Shown: positions 1 through 8,665, counted from the first letter of the stretch. The stretch is 20,000 nt of DNA from an uncultured virus (IMG/VR IMGVR_UViG_3300013119_000619) (IMGVR_UViG_3300013119_000619); one strand, 5' to 3'. Notes: generated by a model not told the origin, from the letters alone. Translations and numbers: made by a program.

Positions 1-2740
1 GTTCATTTAAGATTTTCCTCAGTTCATTTTTATCTACATTTCCTGCCTGTACAATTTCAATATCTTTTTTACAACTGTTTAACACCTTGTAAAAAATATC
101 ATTATAATTTTCATGTATGCTATCTGGACCAACTATTGTAATAGGCATATTCAATTTGTGTGCCGCCTGAATAGCAAAATGAAAACCTTTACGATCATCC
201 CCACCGCCTACACAAACAAGTCTGGGTTTATCTTTTCTATTGTTAGTTGGAAAAAAGAAATTAGAATCGACGCCATGATCTAATTTTCTCAATTTTTCAG
301 GAGTGTCATAATATGGTATTAAATGATCACAAGGAATTAATGAAAATAATGAATTTTTTATTGATTTGTTATTGACACGATAATACCATGATTCCTTTCC
401 ATTAATCCAAGGATGCACATCATGAGTTGTAAAGATGTAAGGTATGCACCTATCTACTACTAAATCTGCAAAACCCCCAGTATGTACATGAAACACATCA
501 TATTCATCAAGATCTGCTTGTGTAATATCATCTAACCATTTTAATGATACATCATGTCCATAATGTTCTGTCATTCTTATATAATGATAAATTACTTCTT
601 CTAGTCCACCATATTTCTTAGGTGGTATGTCAAGACCACACCCCACATGCACTTGCATAATTTTTAAGTTATCAGTTTTCTCAACCTTATTTTCTATTTT
701 TTCGATCTTAAAATCTTCTTTTATTTCTATTTTTGTCTCTTCGAAATTCTTTAAAGAAACAATATGATATCGATTCATTTGCTCAAAGAAATTGAACTGA
801 TATCCGTTTCCTAAAATAACATCATATATCGATTGAATATTATCAACACCAGTTCTCAAATTATAATGTAAATTTTTATTCTCACAAAAGAATACTATCT
901 CATAGTTTTGAGCATTACTGTTTTTTATTTGTTGAATTTTATTGTTGACAAAGGCCGGTTCAGTCTCTAATTGAATTTTAAAAAAATAATAGTCGACCGA
1001 TTGATCAAAAAAATCAAACCTTATATCATGATCAAAAAATAATTTTCTCGATTTGTCTTTTTGATTATCTGTATAATCATAATTCACAAATGATAGTGTT
1101 TGTATTTTATCGGCCCAATTTAGAGAAGTTGTATATGTTGACTCTGCAAGTTCATAAATATCATCAAAATATTTGATATTACGGGGATATTCTAAAACAA
1201 ATTCTTTTCTACGTTTTCTAGCATCTATTGCAAGTTGTGCCTCACCTCTTTGATTCCATCTCGTAAAATTTTCAGATGCACCATGCTCTCTGGCAATGTA
1301 TAGTGTTCTAGGGATTGTCATCCATTTTCCACGTTCTTCAAGCATCAACAACCACTGTCCATCATTTGAAGAACAGGCATCACTGTCTTGATGTTCAGGA
1401 AATTCAAGCCCTGGTAGATTTCTAAAAATTCTTAAATATCCAAATATACTACTTCTACAATGCCATAACTTTTCAAAACCTTCTAAAAACGAATCGTTAT
1501 CAGTAGACATATAGACATTATCTTTATAATTTTCAAATGTCTGTTTTGGACCAACAGGCAATTTTTCAGAATATTTGTTTGCATTAAAGTGCATTAAAAC
1601 TACTTCTGGAAAAATTTTGAAATAATAGTTTATCTTTTCAAAGCAATTAGGTAGCAATTTATCATCAGCATCTAAATGACAAACGATATCACCAGTTGCA
1701 AATTTTTGTGGGTTCCACCACATCTGTTTTTTGTGCTTTGGAAATGCTACTCTTATTCTTGGATCACGATTTTGTAACTCCAACAATTTTTGAAATGTAT
1801 TATCATCAGAAAAATCATCTCCAATAACCCATTCCCAATTATCATAATTTTGATGTATTACAGTTTCGGCTAATTCATCTATAAACTTTTCAGCATTAAA
1901 ACATGAAGTAATAAGCGAAAGTTTTAGGCCCTTACTTTTGGTTTCGTGTTTCGGTTTTATAAGATTATATTTTTTCTCTACTTCTATTTCATGTTTAACT
2001 TCATCAAATTCCCACTGCACAGGTTCAACCCAATCACCACGAGATGCGGCTGATCTTTCATAGAACCAATCATGATTATAACTATAAATCTTTGGAAAAT
2101 TATCTTTATATTTTTCTTTCAATCTATCTGTACCTGCATATTCATTATCTCTGAACCCTTCACCTTTGATCTGTAAATCAAGAAGAAATTCACGCTTCCA
2201 CAAAGTTGGTTGATGACTGACTAACCAATCATTTTCGGGACCCCACTGAATAAGTCTTTTATTCCTAATGTATATGTCTGTTTCACGTTTAGGTACAACA
2301 TGATCAAGTCTTATAACTCTATGCAATTTTAAAGCATCAACATCATAAGAATAACAAAAACTAGCAAGATCTGAAAACATTTCTTTATCAATTTTAAATT
2401 TAGGCCATTGATCTTCTTGCATGTAAAAAATGTAATCGGTATCAACATTCTCTAACATGTATATAAGTCTATCACTCCAACCTTCATCTATTTGTTTGGG
2501 CTTTCCATACCAGTCAGGTATCCATTCTCGTTCTTCAACTCCCCAATATTGCTTGCTTTTACCTGTCTTCAATTGTTTTATTCGATCATCTCGATATGGA
2601 AAATCTTTTTCTTCATTACAGAAATATATCTGCCAATCTAAATCAAAGTCCCAAAACCTATTGAACATAACATACCAACCTTCCCAAAAATGAGAATAGT
2701 TATCACAGGTTTGAACTAATACGCTTACTTTAGGTTTCAT
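1..2740 (-). CDS. Large multidomain glycosyltransferase (GT2-like + GT2 + GT4), >=913 aa, runs off the left edge
   Basis: Not in the ORF track, consistent with no stop inside the window. Translated by hand from ATG 2740 (ATGA overlap with the TGA of the upstream gene): MKPKVSVLVQTCDNYSHFW...YIFYMQEDQW. Same frame at ~1930: LKLSLITSCFNAEKFIDELAETVIHQNYDNWEWVIGDDFSDD...GDIVCHLDADD (GT2 signature). Same frame at ~660: LKIMQVHVGCGLDIPPKKYGGLEEVIY...DRKGFHFAIQAA (GT4/GT-B signature). Confidence 0.88.
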   Translation of the reverse strand, partial: MKPKVSVLVQTCDNYSHFWEGWYVMFNRFWDFDLDWQIYFCNEEKDFPYRDDRIKQLKTGKSKQYWGVEEREWIPDWYGKPKQIDEGWSDRLIYMLENVDTDYIFYMQEDQWPKFKIDKEMFSDLASFCYSYDVDALKLHRVIRLDHVVPKRETDIYIRNKRLIQWGPENDWLVSHQPTLWKREFLLDLQIKGEGFRDNEYAGTDRLKEKYKDNFPKIYSYNHDWFYERSAASRGDWVEPVQWEFDEVKHEIEVEKKYNLIKPKHETKSKGLKLSLITSCFNAEKFIDELAETVIHQNYDNWEWVIGDDFSDDNTFQKLLELQNRDPRIRVAFPKHKKQMWWNPQKFATGDIVCHLDADDKLLPNCFEKINYYFKIFPEVVLMHFNANKYSEKLPVGPKQTFENYKDNVYMSTDNDSFLEGFEKLWHCRSSIFGYLRIFRNLPGLEFPEHQDSDACSSNDGQWLLMLEERGKWMTIPRTLYIAREHGASENFTRWNQRGEAQLAIDARKRRKEFVLEYPRNIKYFDDIYELAESTYTTSLNWADKIQTLSFVNYDYTDNQKDKSRKLFFDHDIRFDFFDQSVDYYFFKIQLETEPAFVNNKIQQIKNSNAQNYEIVFFCENKNLHYNLRTGVDNIQSIYDVILGNGYQFNFFEQMNRYHIVSLKNFEETKIEIKEDFKIEKIENKVEKTDNLKIMQVHVGCGLDIPPKKYGGLEEVIYHYIRMTEHYGHDVSLKWLDDITQADLDEYDVFHVHTGGFADLVVDRCIPYIFTTHDVHPWINGKESWYYRVNNKSIKNSLFSLIPCDHLIPYYDTPEKLRKLDHGVDSNFFFPTNNRKDKPRLVCVGGGDDRKGFHFAIQAAHKLNMPITIVGPDSIHENYNDIFYKVLNSCKKDIEIVQAGNVDKNELRKILNE

Positions 2741-3804
2741 GAATTCTTAAAATAAAGGGAGTTGCAAATTTTCAATCGTGTCTTAATTGACTGATCAAAT
2801 AAATCATATGTTCTAAAAAGTTTATCATCACAATATACTTCGATTATAGAATCTCCATATAATTGTAAAAGATGATAATGATATTTACCAGCATTAAATT
2901 CAAAAAAAGGTTTTTCTTGTTTGTTTATGAAAACTTGAAATTTTGTTTCTTTATGGGGGTTCATTAAAAAAAGAAAATTAGGTGCAGGTTCTGCTGGAGA
3001 GTTAACAACTTTTTCCGATAACGTCAATGCGACCCACGAAAAATCTTGATGTGTATGCACTCTATCTTGAATCATACCTATACGTTCAAGATTATCTACA
3101 AAAGGTAAAAGTTCTACATTTCTATTTCTATCATCACCATTATATGCGGTCAAGCCAAAGGCATATGCAAAAAATTCTTCACCAACTAAAAAACTATATT
3201 CATTTAAAATATTTTTTTGATCCTGAACATTTTTTAATTTTTCAAATCTTTCTAAAAGATAATCGACCCTAGCAGATATAAAACGTGTAGTTGTTTGCAT
3301 CTTGGTTGTCACAGATGTATCATATCCTCTACCATCGTCAACAGTTTTTTCATTTTGCCAATAATAAAATACACCATCTAAACCGTTATCTATTTTATTC
3401 TCATTAATAATTAATTCATCTGGTTTTTCTAACAAACCATCATAATCAAACAAATGTATTTTTGATTTACCTAATAATTTTGCATAAGCCGTACCGATAT
3501 GCATTAATCTGTAAACTGCTAAGACTGTATTATATGTACAAAATTCCTTTGAAGTGATATCGTAATTCGGTGCATACCATGTCATCCAACCAAGATACTC
3601 TACATCCGTCAAAACAATATTGTCTTTGTCATAAACAAAATAATCAACTTCTTCTTGAAATTCTTTTGTCGCTTGGGTATGAGATGTTACAATTACCTCA
3701 TAACCAAACGACTTTATTTTTCTAACAAATTCAAGACAGACATTAATTCTTTCTTCATCACTTAAATGTGCATGAATACATACTATCGAATCTTCACAAC
3801 TCAT
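2737..3804 (-). CDS. Hypothetical protein (355 aa), possibly glycosyltransferase-like
   Basis: Long ORF overlapping both neighbours. It has a hydrophobic-strand DxD motif (IHLFDYDG) and lies between two glycosyltransferase fusion genes. Function is not recognisable. Confidence 0.7.
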   Translation of the reverse strand: MSCEDSIVCIHAHLSDEERINVCLEFVRKIKSFGYEVIVTSHTQATKEFQEEVDYFVYDKDNIVLTDVEYLGWMTWYAPNYDITSKEFCTYNTVLAVYRLMHIGTAYAKLLGKSKIHLFDYDGLLEKPDELIINENKIDNGLDGVFYYWQNEKTVDDGRGYDTSVTTKMQTTTRFISARVDYLLERFEKLKNVQDQKNILNEYSFLVGEEFFAYAFGLTAYNGDDRNRNVELLPFVDNLERIGMIQDRVHTHQDFSWVALTLSEKVVNSPAEPAPNFLFLMNPHKETKFQVFINKQEKPFFEFNAGKYHYHLLQLYGDSIIEVYCDDKLFRTYDLFDQSIKTRLKICNSLYFKNS

Positions 3805-6502
3805 AAGTCACATCACCTTCTTTTAATAATGTTGTACCGTCTTTATGAGATTTATCAAGATATGAATCGCCCGAACACTGTATTGATATTGGATCTTTAA
3901 CAATACCACATTTTTTATCAGGAAATACAAACGAATTTAACCATAGATCATATGTGTCCCAACCAGTATTCTCAAACTTTTCAATAAAATATGATTTTTT
4001 ATTTGTTGGTACTAGATAACAGTGTGCTTCTGACATTCTATCTGTAACTCCAAAATCTTCATATTCATCATAATGCCAATCAGGTATGCGTTTACCAAAT
4101 GACATGTAATTCAAATCATTATACATTAAATCATCATAACTGTCAATAATAATTTTGAATACTTCTTCTGGAGGTTTAATAAATATTGCATCACACTCAC
4201 AAAACAAAATAGCATCATAATCATCAGTCATGTGTTCTTCAAATACTCTACGATGAGCCATATAATTACCATAATGGGCACCAGTCAATTTATAATCACC
4301 AGGCTCCATTTGAACAACATCAGGTCTAGCACAAGTATCTACAGGTGGTAAGTCAGTAAATCTTTTATTCATAGATTGTTCATAAACCCAACCAGAGACA
4401 TTTAATAATTCTGTTATATGTTTTATACTCTCAATTTCTCTTGATCCTTCAGTGGTACATAACATGTGAACTACTTTGATCTTTGGATATCTTTTTGCCC
4501 ATAACTGTCCTAAACCGTTCTCGTCTGGTTGAGAACTTTTGATATGTTCACGCTCAACATCAAAACCTAAATTTGTTAGTCTGTTTTCAAGTTCTTGACA
4601 TCGGTGGTAATGATCATCTAAATTACCCGAATTATTAAATTGGTGTAACTCGGCACTAATTTTTCTTACTTTATGTTTTAAAAAATCGTCTGATATGGTC
4701 GGAAATATATCCCACTCAGCACCTTCACAATCTAATTTTATTGCATCTATTCTATTTACGTTATTGTTTTGTATGAAATGATTGAAACTCATCGTATTCA
4801 CTTCAATCTTTTTAGTCTGTCCTAATGATGTTGGATTTTCATTTTGAGTATTATAACTTTCATAAAACGAATTTGTACTACTAGGACCAACAAGCAAAAA
4901 TTCTTTTTCACCAACATCGTTACTCAAAGCACAATTATATTTTTTTACATTATCAAAGTTTTTTAAATTCTTAGAAATTATTTTATAATTTGTGTGTGAA
5001 GGTTCAAGCACATGAACTTCTTTTGCACCTTTATCCAAAGCATATAATGAAAAGAACCCATAATGGCCTCCAACATCTAATACAACATCATCTTTTCGTA
5101 TATCAAGTTTTTTGTAAACTTTTGAAATAAAAACTTCATTCATAGTAAACCAAGATGATGGATCATCATCAATACCCACAACATCTATTTCTTGTCCATT
5201 TACAGTTACGCTTGGTATATCACGATTGAATGAGAAACTTTTTTCATATAACAGATGATGTTTGTCTATTCTATTGAAATTTAAATCTCTTAAATTTGAA
5301 AAATAACTCTCCTTCGCATCAAAAATTTTTACAGTAAAACCGTCTACGAGACTTGCCAGAGGACTTGGTGTACAAAACATGTTTTGCACCATAACCTTAC
5401 TTCTCATCACACAAAGTTTCGTTCTTTTATCGTAAATACAGATCAATTTATTATGCAAAGCATTAAATGCCTTTTCTGAAAAATTGAAATTTATTTTTAC
5501 CTGCTTTGATATATCGCCCTCAAAATCAGTATAGCAATTCACATCTCCTTCGGTTAGACCTAACGCATGTTTAATTTTTAGAAAGTTGAGTTTGGTATCA
5601 ATTGACAAATAAGTTGCTTTTTTGTCATATTTGTCCATATAAGAATCTGTTTTATGCATTAGTATTGGAATGTTCCAACTAACCGCCTCCTTTAAAACAA
5701 GAGGATTTGTCTCTTTATCACCTTCATGACCTCTTGAAGGAAATAAAAATAAATCCATACAGGAATAAAAATTCTCAACGTCTTTACGCTCGCCCCAAAT
5801 AATACAATTCTGAGGTTTATTATTCATCAATGGTTCCCAATAATCTTTAAAGTTTGGTGCCTGATTACCTAAAAAATGAAATTGTATTTTTTCATTCTCA
5901 AGTTGTCTTGCATATTCAAATATTTCACCTTGATTTTTTCTTGATGTAAAAAGACCAACATGTAATACGTGTTTAAAATTAGGATCTAAACCTAGTGTTC
6001 TCAAACCCTGATCTCTATCGTTTCTCTTATAGTTGTATTCAGGATACTCTATAACACATGCTGGTATATCAACTGATCTAAATTTAATGAGTTGATTATC
6101 ACTGCAAAATAAAAATTTGTCTGGAAAAAATCTTTTATTTCCTGGTTCAAAAGATGAATCATGAGAGGTCTCAAAAATTTTATATTTTCTATTTGGATGA
6201 TATATTAAATGTGTTAACTCATCTGATATACTAAACAACTCAGGCATTTCTTCAAAATGTATGATATCAGGTTTTATATTTTTTATATGAGACATTATCT
6301 CATATTTGTCATCACCTAAAGTTATCAATGGTTTTTTGAGAAGTTCTATGATTTGATCTTTTTGTATTCTGAATATTCCAAAATCTTGGAATTCAATTAC
6401 ATGAACATCATATTCGTCTATTAATAATTCTAATTTTCTAAGTAGATATTGGGGAGCCCCACCTGTAGATAAATGGGGTGTCACATATAGAAGTTTTTGC
6501 AT
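3794..6502 (-). CDS. Fusion: GT4 glycosyltransferase + FkbM-family methyltransferase + C-terminal GT25/GT-A-like domain (902 aa)
   Basis: GT4 motifs LYVTPHLSTGGAPQY, HVGLFTSRKNQ, DLFLFPS...ETNPLVLKEA. FkbM motifs VVLDVGGHYGFFS, VLEP, IDAIKLDCEGAE. C-terminal GNYMAHRRVF...AILFCECDAIF resembles GT25. Confidence 0.88.
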   Translation of the reverse strand: MQKLLYVTPHLSTGGAPQYLLRKLELLIDEYDVHVIEFQDFGIFRIQKDQIIELLKKPLITLGDDKYEIMSHIKNIKPDIIHFEEMPELFSISDELTHLIYHPNRKYKIFETSHDSSFEPGNKRFFPDKFLFCSDNQLIKFRSVDIPACVIEYPEYNYKRNDRDQGLRTLGLDPNFKHVLHVGLFTSRKNQGEIFEYARQLENEKIQFHFLGNQAPNFKDYWEPLMNNKPQNCIIWGERKDVENFYSCMDLFLFPSRGHEGDKETNPLVLKEAVSWNIPILMHKTDSYMDKYDKKATYLSIDTKLNFLKIKHALGLTEGDVNCYTDFEGDISKQVKINFNFSEKAFNALHNKLICIYDKRTKLCVMRSKVMVQNMFCTPSPLASLVDGFTVKIFDAKESYFSNLRDLNFNRIDKHHLLYEKSFSFNRDIPSVTVNGQEIDVVGIDDDPSSWFTMNEVFISKVYKKLDIRKDDVVLDVGGHYGFFSLYALDKGAKEVHVLEPSHTNYKIISKNLKNFDNVKKYNCALSNDVGEKEFLLVGPSSTNSFYESYNTQNENPTSLGQTKKIEVNTMSFNHFIQNNNVNRIDAIKLDCEGAEWDIFPTISDDFLKHKVRKISAELHQFNNSGNLDDHYHRCQELENRLTNLGFDVEREHIKSSQPDENGLGQLWAKRYPKIKVVHMLCTTEGSREIESIKHITELLNVSGWVYEQSMNKRFTDLPPVDTCARPDVVQMEPGDYKLTGAHYGNYMAHRRVFEEHMTDDYDAILFCECDAIFIKPPEEVFKIIIDSYDDLMYNDLNYMSFGKRIPDWHYDEYEDFGVTDRMSEAHCYLVPTNKKSYFIEKFENTGWDTYDLWLNSFVFPDKKCGIVKDPISIQCSGDSYLDKSHKDGTTLLKEGDVTYEL

Positions 6503-6568
6503 AATTTTAAATTTTGTATGTTATTGGTTGTTTCTGTTCCCAGGCACAACCAGAAAAGCCCGTAGCAA

Positions 6569-6616
6569 TTAAGCGGCTAAAGCCACTTGTGCTGAGGTAT
6601 AATCGTTATTGTTTGC
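6569..6616 (-). other. tmRNA tag reading frame, (A)ANNNDYTSAQVALAA*
   Basis: GCA AAC AAT AAC GAT TAT ACC TCA GCA CAA GTG GCT TTA GCC GCT TAA. It has the typical GCA resume codon after an AU-rich context and a C-terminal LAA degradation motif. Confidence 0.93.
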
Positions 6617-6620
6617 GATT

Positions 6621-6649
6621 ATTATAGCAGACATTTTTACATCTGTCAA
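6621..6649 (-). promoter_or_regulatory. Consensus sigma70-type promoter (TTGACA-N17-TATAAT with extended -10 TG) inside the tmRNA coding piece
   Basis: Minus strand: TTGACA (6649-6644) GATGTAAAAATGTCTGC (17 nt) TATAAT (6626-6621). Predicted +1 is near 6614. Activity is not demonstrated. Confidence 0.65.
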
Positions 6650-6701
6650 GTGATGTGTCTCCTCTGCATAGTCACAGTCAGTCGAATCCGAACACCCCCA
6701 A

Positions 6702-6794
6702 TTAAATAAGCAGAAAAACTTCTAATAAATAATAAAAACCTAATATAAGTGTTAATATAAATACCCAAAGGAACACATTGCTTGAATCATTCAT
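6702..6794 (-). CDS. Putative 30-aa single-pass membrane peptide in the tmRNA intervening segment
   Basis: ATG 6794 to TAA 6702 gives MNDSSNVFLWVFILTLILGFYYLLEVFLLI. There is a weak GAG 5 nt upstream of the ATG, and the ORF occupies 93 of the 105 nt between CCA and G1. It is below the ORF-track size cutoff. Confidence 0.5.
   Translation of the reverse strand: MNDSSNVFLWVFILTLILGFYYLLEVFLLI
6756..6763 (+). promoter_or_regulatory. Possible T4-type late promoter (TATAAATA) for the plus-strand genes
   Basis: Exact TATAAATA about 135 nt upstream of ATG 6898. The AT-rich background makes a chance match possible. Confidence 0.4.
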
Positions 6795-6869
6795 GTGATC
6801 TCGTTGGTGGAGGTGGTGGGAATTGAACCCACGTCCTGTTCTGATATTCTGCAGAATCATTGACATATA

Positions 6870-6877
6870 TATTTATA
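6870..6877 (-). promoter_or_regulatory. T4-type late promoter (TATAAATA) for the tmRNA precursor
   Basis: Minus strand TTGTATAAATATATATGTC. The exact T4 gp55 consensus sits immediately upstream of the acceptor piece, placing +1 near 6863. Confidence 0.7.
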
Positions 6878-6897
6878 CAACCTTTTTATGGATTATA

Positions 6898-8655
6898 ATG
6901 ACAGTATCTTATACAAATACGGACGCCACAAGTAGAATGCTCAAAGCTATGAGCAACGGTTTAAAAAGAATGACTGATAGTGAATTAGAAGTTGTTGCCC
7001 ATAAACTTCAAGAATGGTTCACTTTGAAACTTACTACTGCTGATTTTCGAAGTTGGCACTCTTCTTGGGTGGGATATTATTCTAATGCACCTTATGGTGC
7101 ACTTATAATGTCCACATTAAATAGAGGTGTTACATCGAGTGTTCAGTCTTTTCAGGTGACTGATACAAGATATAACGCTACGACAACATCCAAAACACAG
7201 AATGCATGGGATAATTATGGAGATGATGATGATACCTTTGATGATCCTGCTGACATTTCAATAGTAAATCAACAACATTATTACCTATCACAACGTCATT
7301 ATGCGAGTTATACTACATCTACTCCTGGATTTTCTGGTCAAACATTAACAACTAATGGTGATTATTACAACACCATAAGAGGTTGGAACGGTACTGATAG
7401 CGTTTCTGTGAATGCTTGGTCACCAGCAGAAATGATAAGAGACTATGGGCATTTAACCGCAACTACTGATGGTACGGTTAAGATAGAAAAAGACGTACAA
7501 AAAATATATGAAGCAATCTTTAAATATGTAAATGCTAGAATTAGGAGCACGGATAATGATAAAAATTTTGGTCAATATAAAATAGCGACAAGTTGGCCAG
7601 GAAATGGATGGTATCCTGTAAGAGAGGTAATGGGACAAGAACAAACTTATTATTATTATGCGTTTTCAGATGTCGTGAGTACAGTTGACGGTCATAATCA
7701 TTTTTATGATTTAAGTGCATACTCAACCAGATATATTTGGAACCTTTGGATAAAAAATATAACTAGGAATTCTGCTAACGTATATGGAGATTTTGTTAAA
7801 TTTTCAGGAGACGGTTTTGGTGATAGTACCTCGGCAAGACCTACCAGATTATCCAGATGGAAAATTACTGCACATTCGGGCTCAGCATTAGAAGGAACTA
7901 ATAGTGGTGACGTAAGAGAATATTTTGCTACTGGTGATTATAATGGTATTGGAAAATATTTTTATTTTAAACCTGCCCACGCAAATGGAGGTTCAATATA
8001 CGTTTCTTCTAATTATAACAATTCGAGTCCAAGCGCCTCATCTTTTGAAGGTAGTGCTAGAACTGTAAATGTATTGACACCTGATGAAGTAACAGATAGA
8101 TGGCAATATCAAACTCGTAATGCCACACTAGCACCTAGTGGTAATTCAGCAGATGGACATATTTATCTTTATGCAAATCAAAAATATACGGCAACGTCAA
8201 GTTTTAATACAAACACTGTTTATAAATGTGAAAGAATGAACCGATTGATCGAGATGGAGTTACCTTATTTAGAGGATTATGATAATAGATGGAATTGGAA
8301 TGTCTATTACGGCACCACATCTTATGAGGATGGTGCAGTATTAGGAAGGAGAAGAGATCACTATCTAAAAAACTATATTCAAAATGTACTATATAGATTA
8401 TACACTTTAGGTAGATATTATCCGATTTATAGTTTAGCCACATCAGTAGGTTCTTCTCAATTTGATCATGGAATATTTTCCAATTCAGTCAGAGGAGGCA
8501 CAAACGTTACGAATAAAGTTTTTGGTCCTGGTCTGTATTTTGAGGATTGGTTTGCACCTGATACATCAGGAACCTATTATAAAGTCAGAGGTGCAGGGGC
8601 CGCCAGTGGTTATGTAACAGATACTTATTACCTAGTCTCAGACGTAGATATATAA
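6898..8655 (+). CDS. Putative phage virion structural protein (585 aa), paralog of 9470-10609
   Basis: Start re-assigned from TTG 6823 (antisense to the tmRNA T arm) to ATG 6898, which has GGA upstream. The protein is S/T/G/N/Y/W-rich. It shares LKxMxDSxLE, NAxDNYGDDDDTF and TSGTYYKxR with the 379-aa protein. The structural role is inferred from composition and context. Confidence 0.7.
   Translation: MTVSYTNTDATSRMLKAMSNGLKRMTDSELEVVAHKLQEWFTLKLTTADFRSWHSSWVGYYSNAPYGALIMSTLNRGVTSSVQSFQVTDTRYNATTTSKTQNAWDNYGDDDDTFDDPADISIVNQQHYYLSQRHYASYTTSTPGFSGQTLTTNGDYYNTIRGWNGTDSVSVNAWSPAEMIRDYGHLTATTDGTVKIEKDVQKIYEAIFKYVNARIRSTDNDKNFGQYKIATSWPGNGWYPVREVMGQEQTYYYYAFSDVVSTVDGHNHFYDLSAYSTRYIWNLWIKNITRNSANVYGDFVKFSGDGFGDSTSARPTRLSRWKITAHSGSALEGTNSGDVREYFATGDYNGIGKYFYFKPAHANGGSIYVSSNYNNSSPSASSFEGSARTVNVLTPDEVTDRWQYQTRNATLAPSGNSADGHIYLYANQKYTATSSFNTNTVYKCERMNRLIEMELPYLEDYDNRWNWNVYYGTTSYEDGAVLGRRRDHYLKNYIQNVLYRLYTLGRYYPIYSLATSVGSSQFDHGIFSNSVRGGTNVTNKVFGPGLYFEDWFAPDTSGTYYKVRGAGAASGYVTDTYYLVSDVDI
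7210..7235 (+). repeat. 26-nt exact direct repeat, copy 1 (GATAATTATGGAGATGATGATGATAC)
   Basis: Identical to 9761-9786; encodes DNYGDDDDT in both paralogs. Confidence 0.9.
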
Positions 8656-8665
8656 AAAAGGATTT

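Larger units (their letters stand above)
6525..6863 (-). ncRNA. ssrA: Circularly permuted (two-piece) tmRNA gene: acceptor piece ~6863-6805, intervening segment 6804-6700, coding piece 6699-~6525
   Basis: Minus strand 6835-6805 reads GAC-GTGGG-TTCAATT-CCCAC-CACCTCC-A-CCA (T arm, acceptor 3' strand, encoded CCA). Downstream, 6699-6681 reads GGGGGTG-TTCGGATTCGAC (tmRNA 5' end). The acceptor stem GGGGGTG/CACCTCC has the G3:U70 alanine determinant. Inter-piece pairing: TGCAGAG (6668-6662) with TTCTGCA (6856-6850). The tag frame ends in ALAA-TAA and a terminal stem TGGTTGT/ACAACCA spans 6552-6525. Outer ends are approximate. Confidence 0.95.

Noticed and set aside
6525..6552. Intrinsic terminator
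   Set aside because: The stem is not followed by a U-tract on the minus strand. It is better explained as the 3' structure of the tmRNA coding piece.
6805..6836. Stand-alone tRNA gene, tRNA fragment or attP/attB site
   Set aside because: There is no D or anticodon arm upstream, and its acceptor strand pairs with 6699-6693, so it is the tmRNA acceptor piece. No integrase or duplicate copy is present in the window.
6823..6897. N-terminal extension (TTG start at 6823) of the 610-aa ORF in the track
   Set aside because: It overlaps the tmRNA T arm and promoter on the opposite strand. ATG 6898 aligns better with the paralog's N-terminus.
6860..6899. Plus-strand TTGACA (6860) and TATAAT (6894) as a sigma70 promoter
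   Set aside because: The spacing is 28 nt, and the TATAAT overlaps the start codon.
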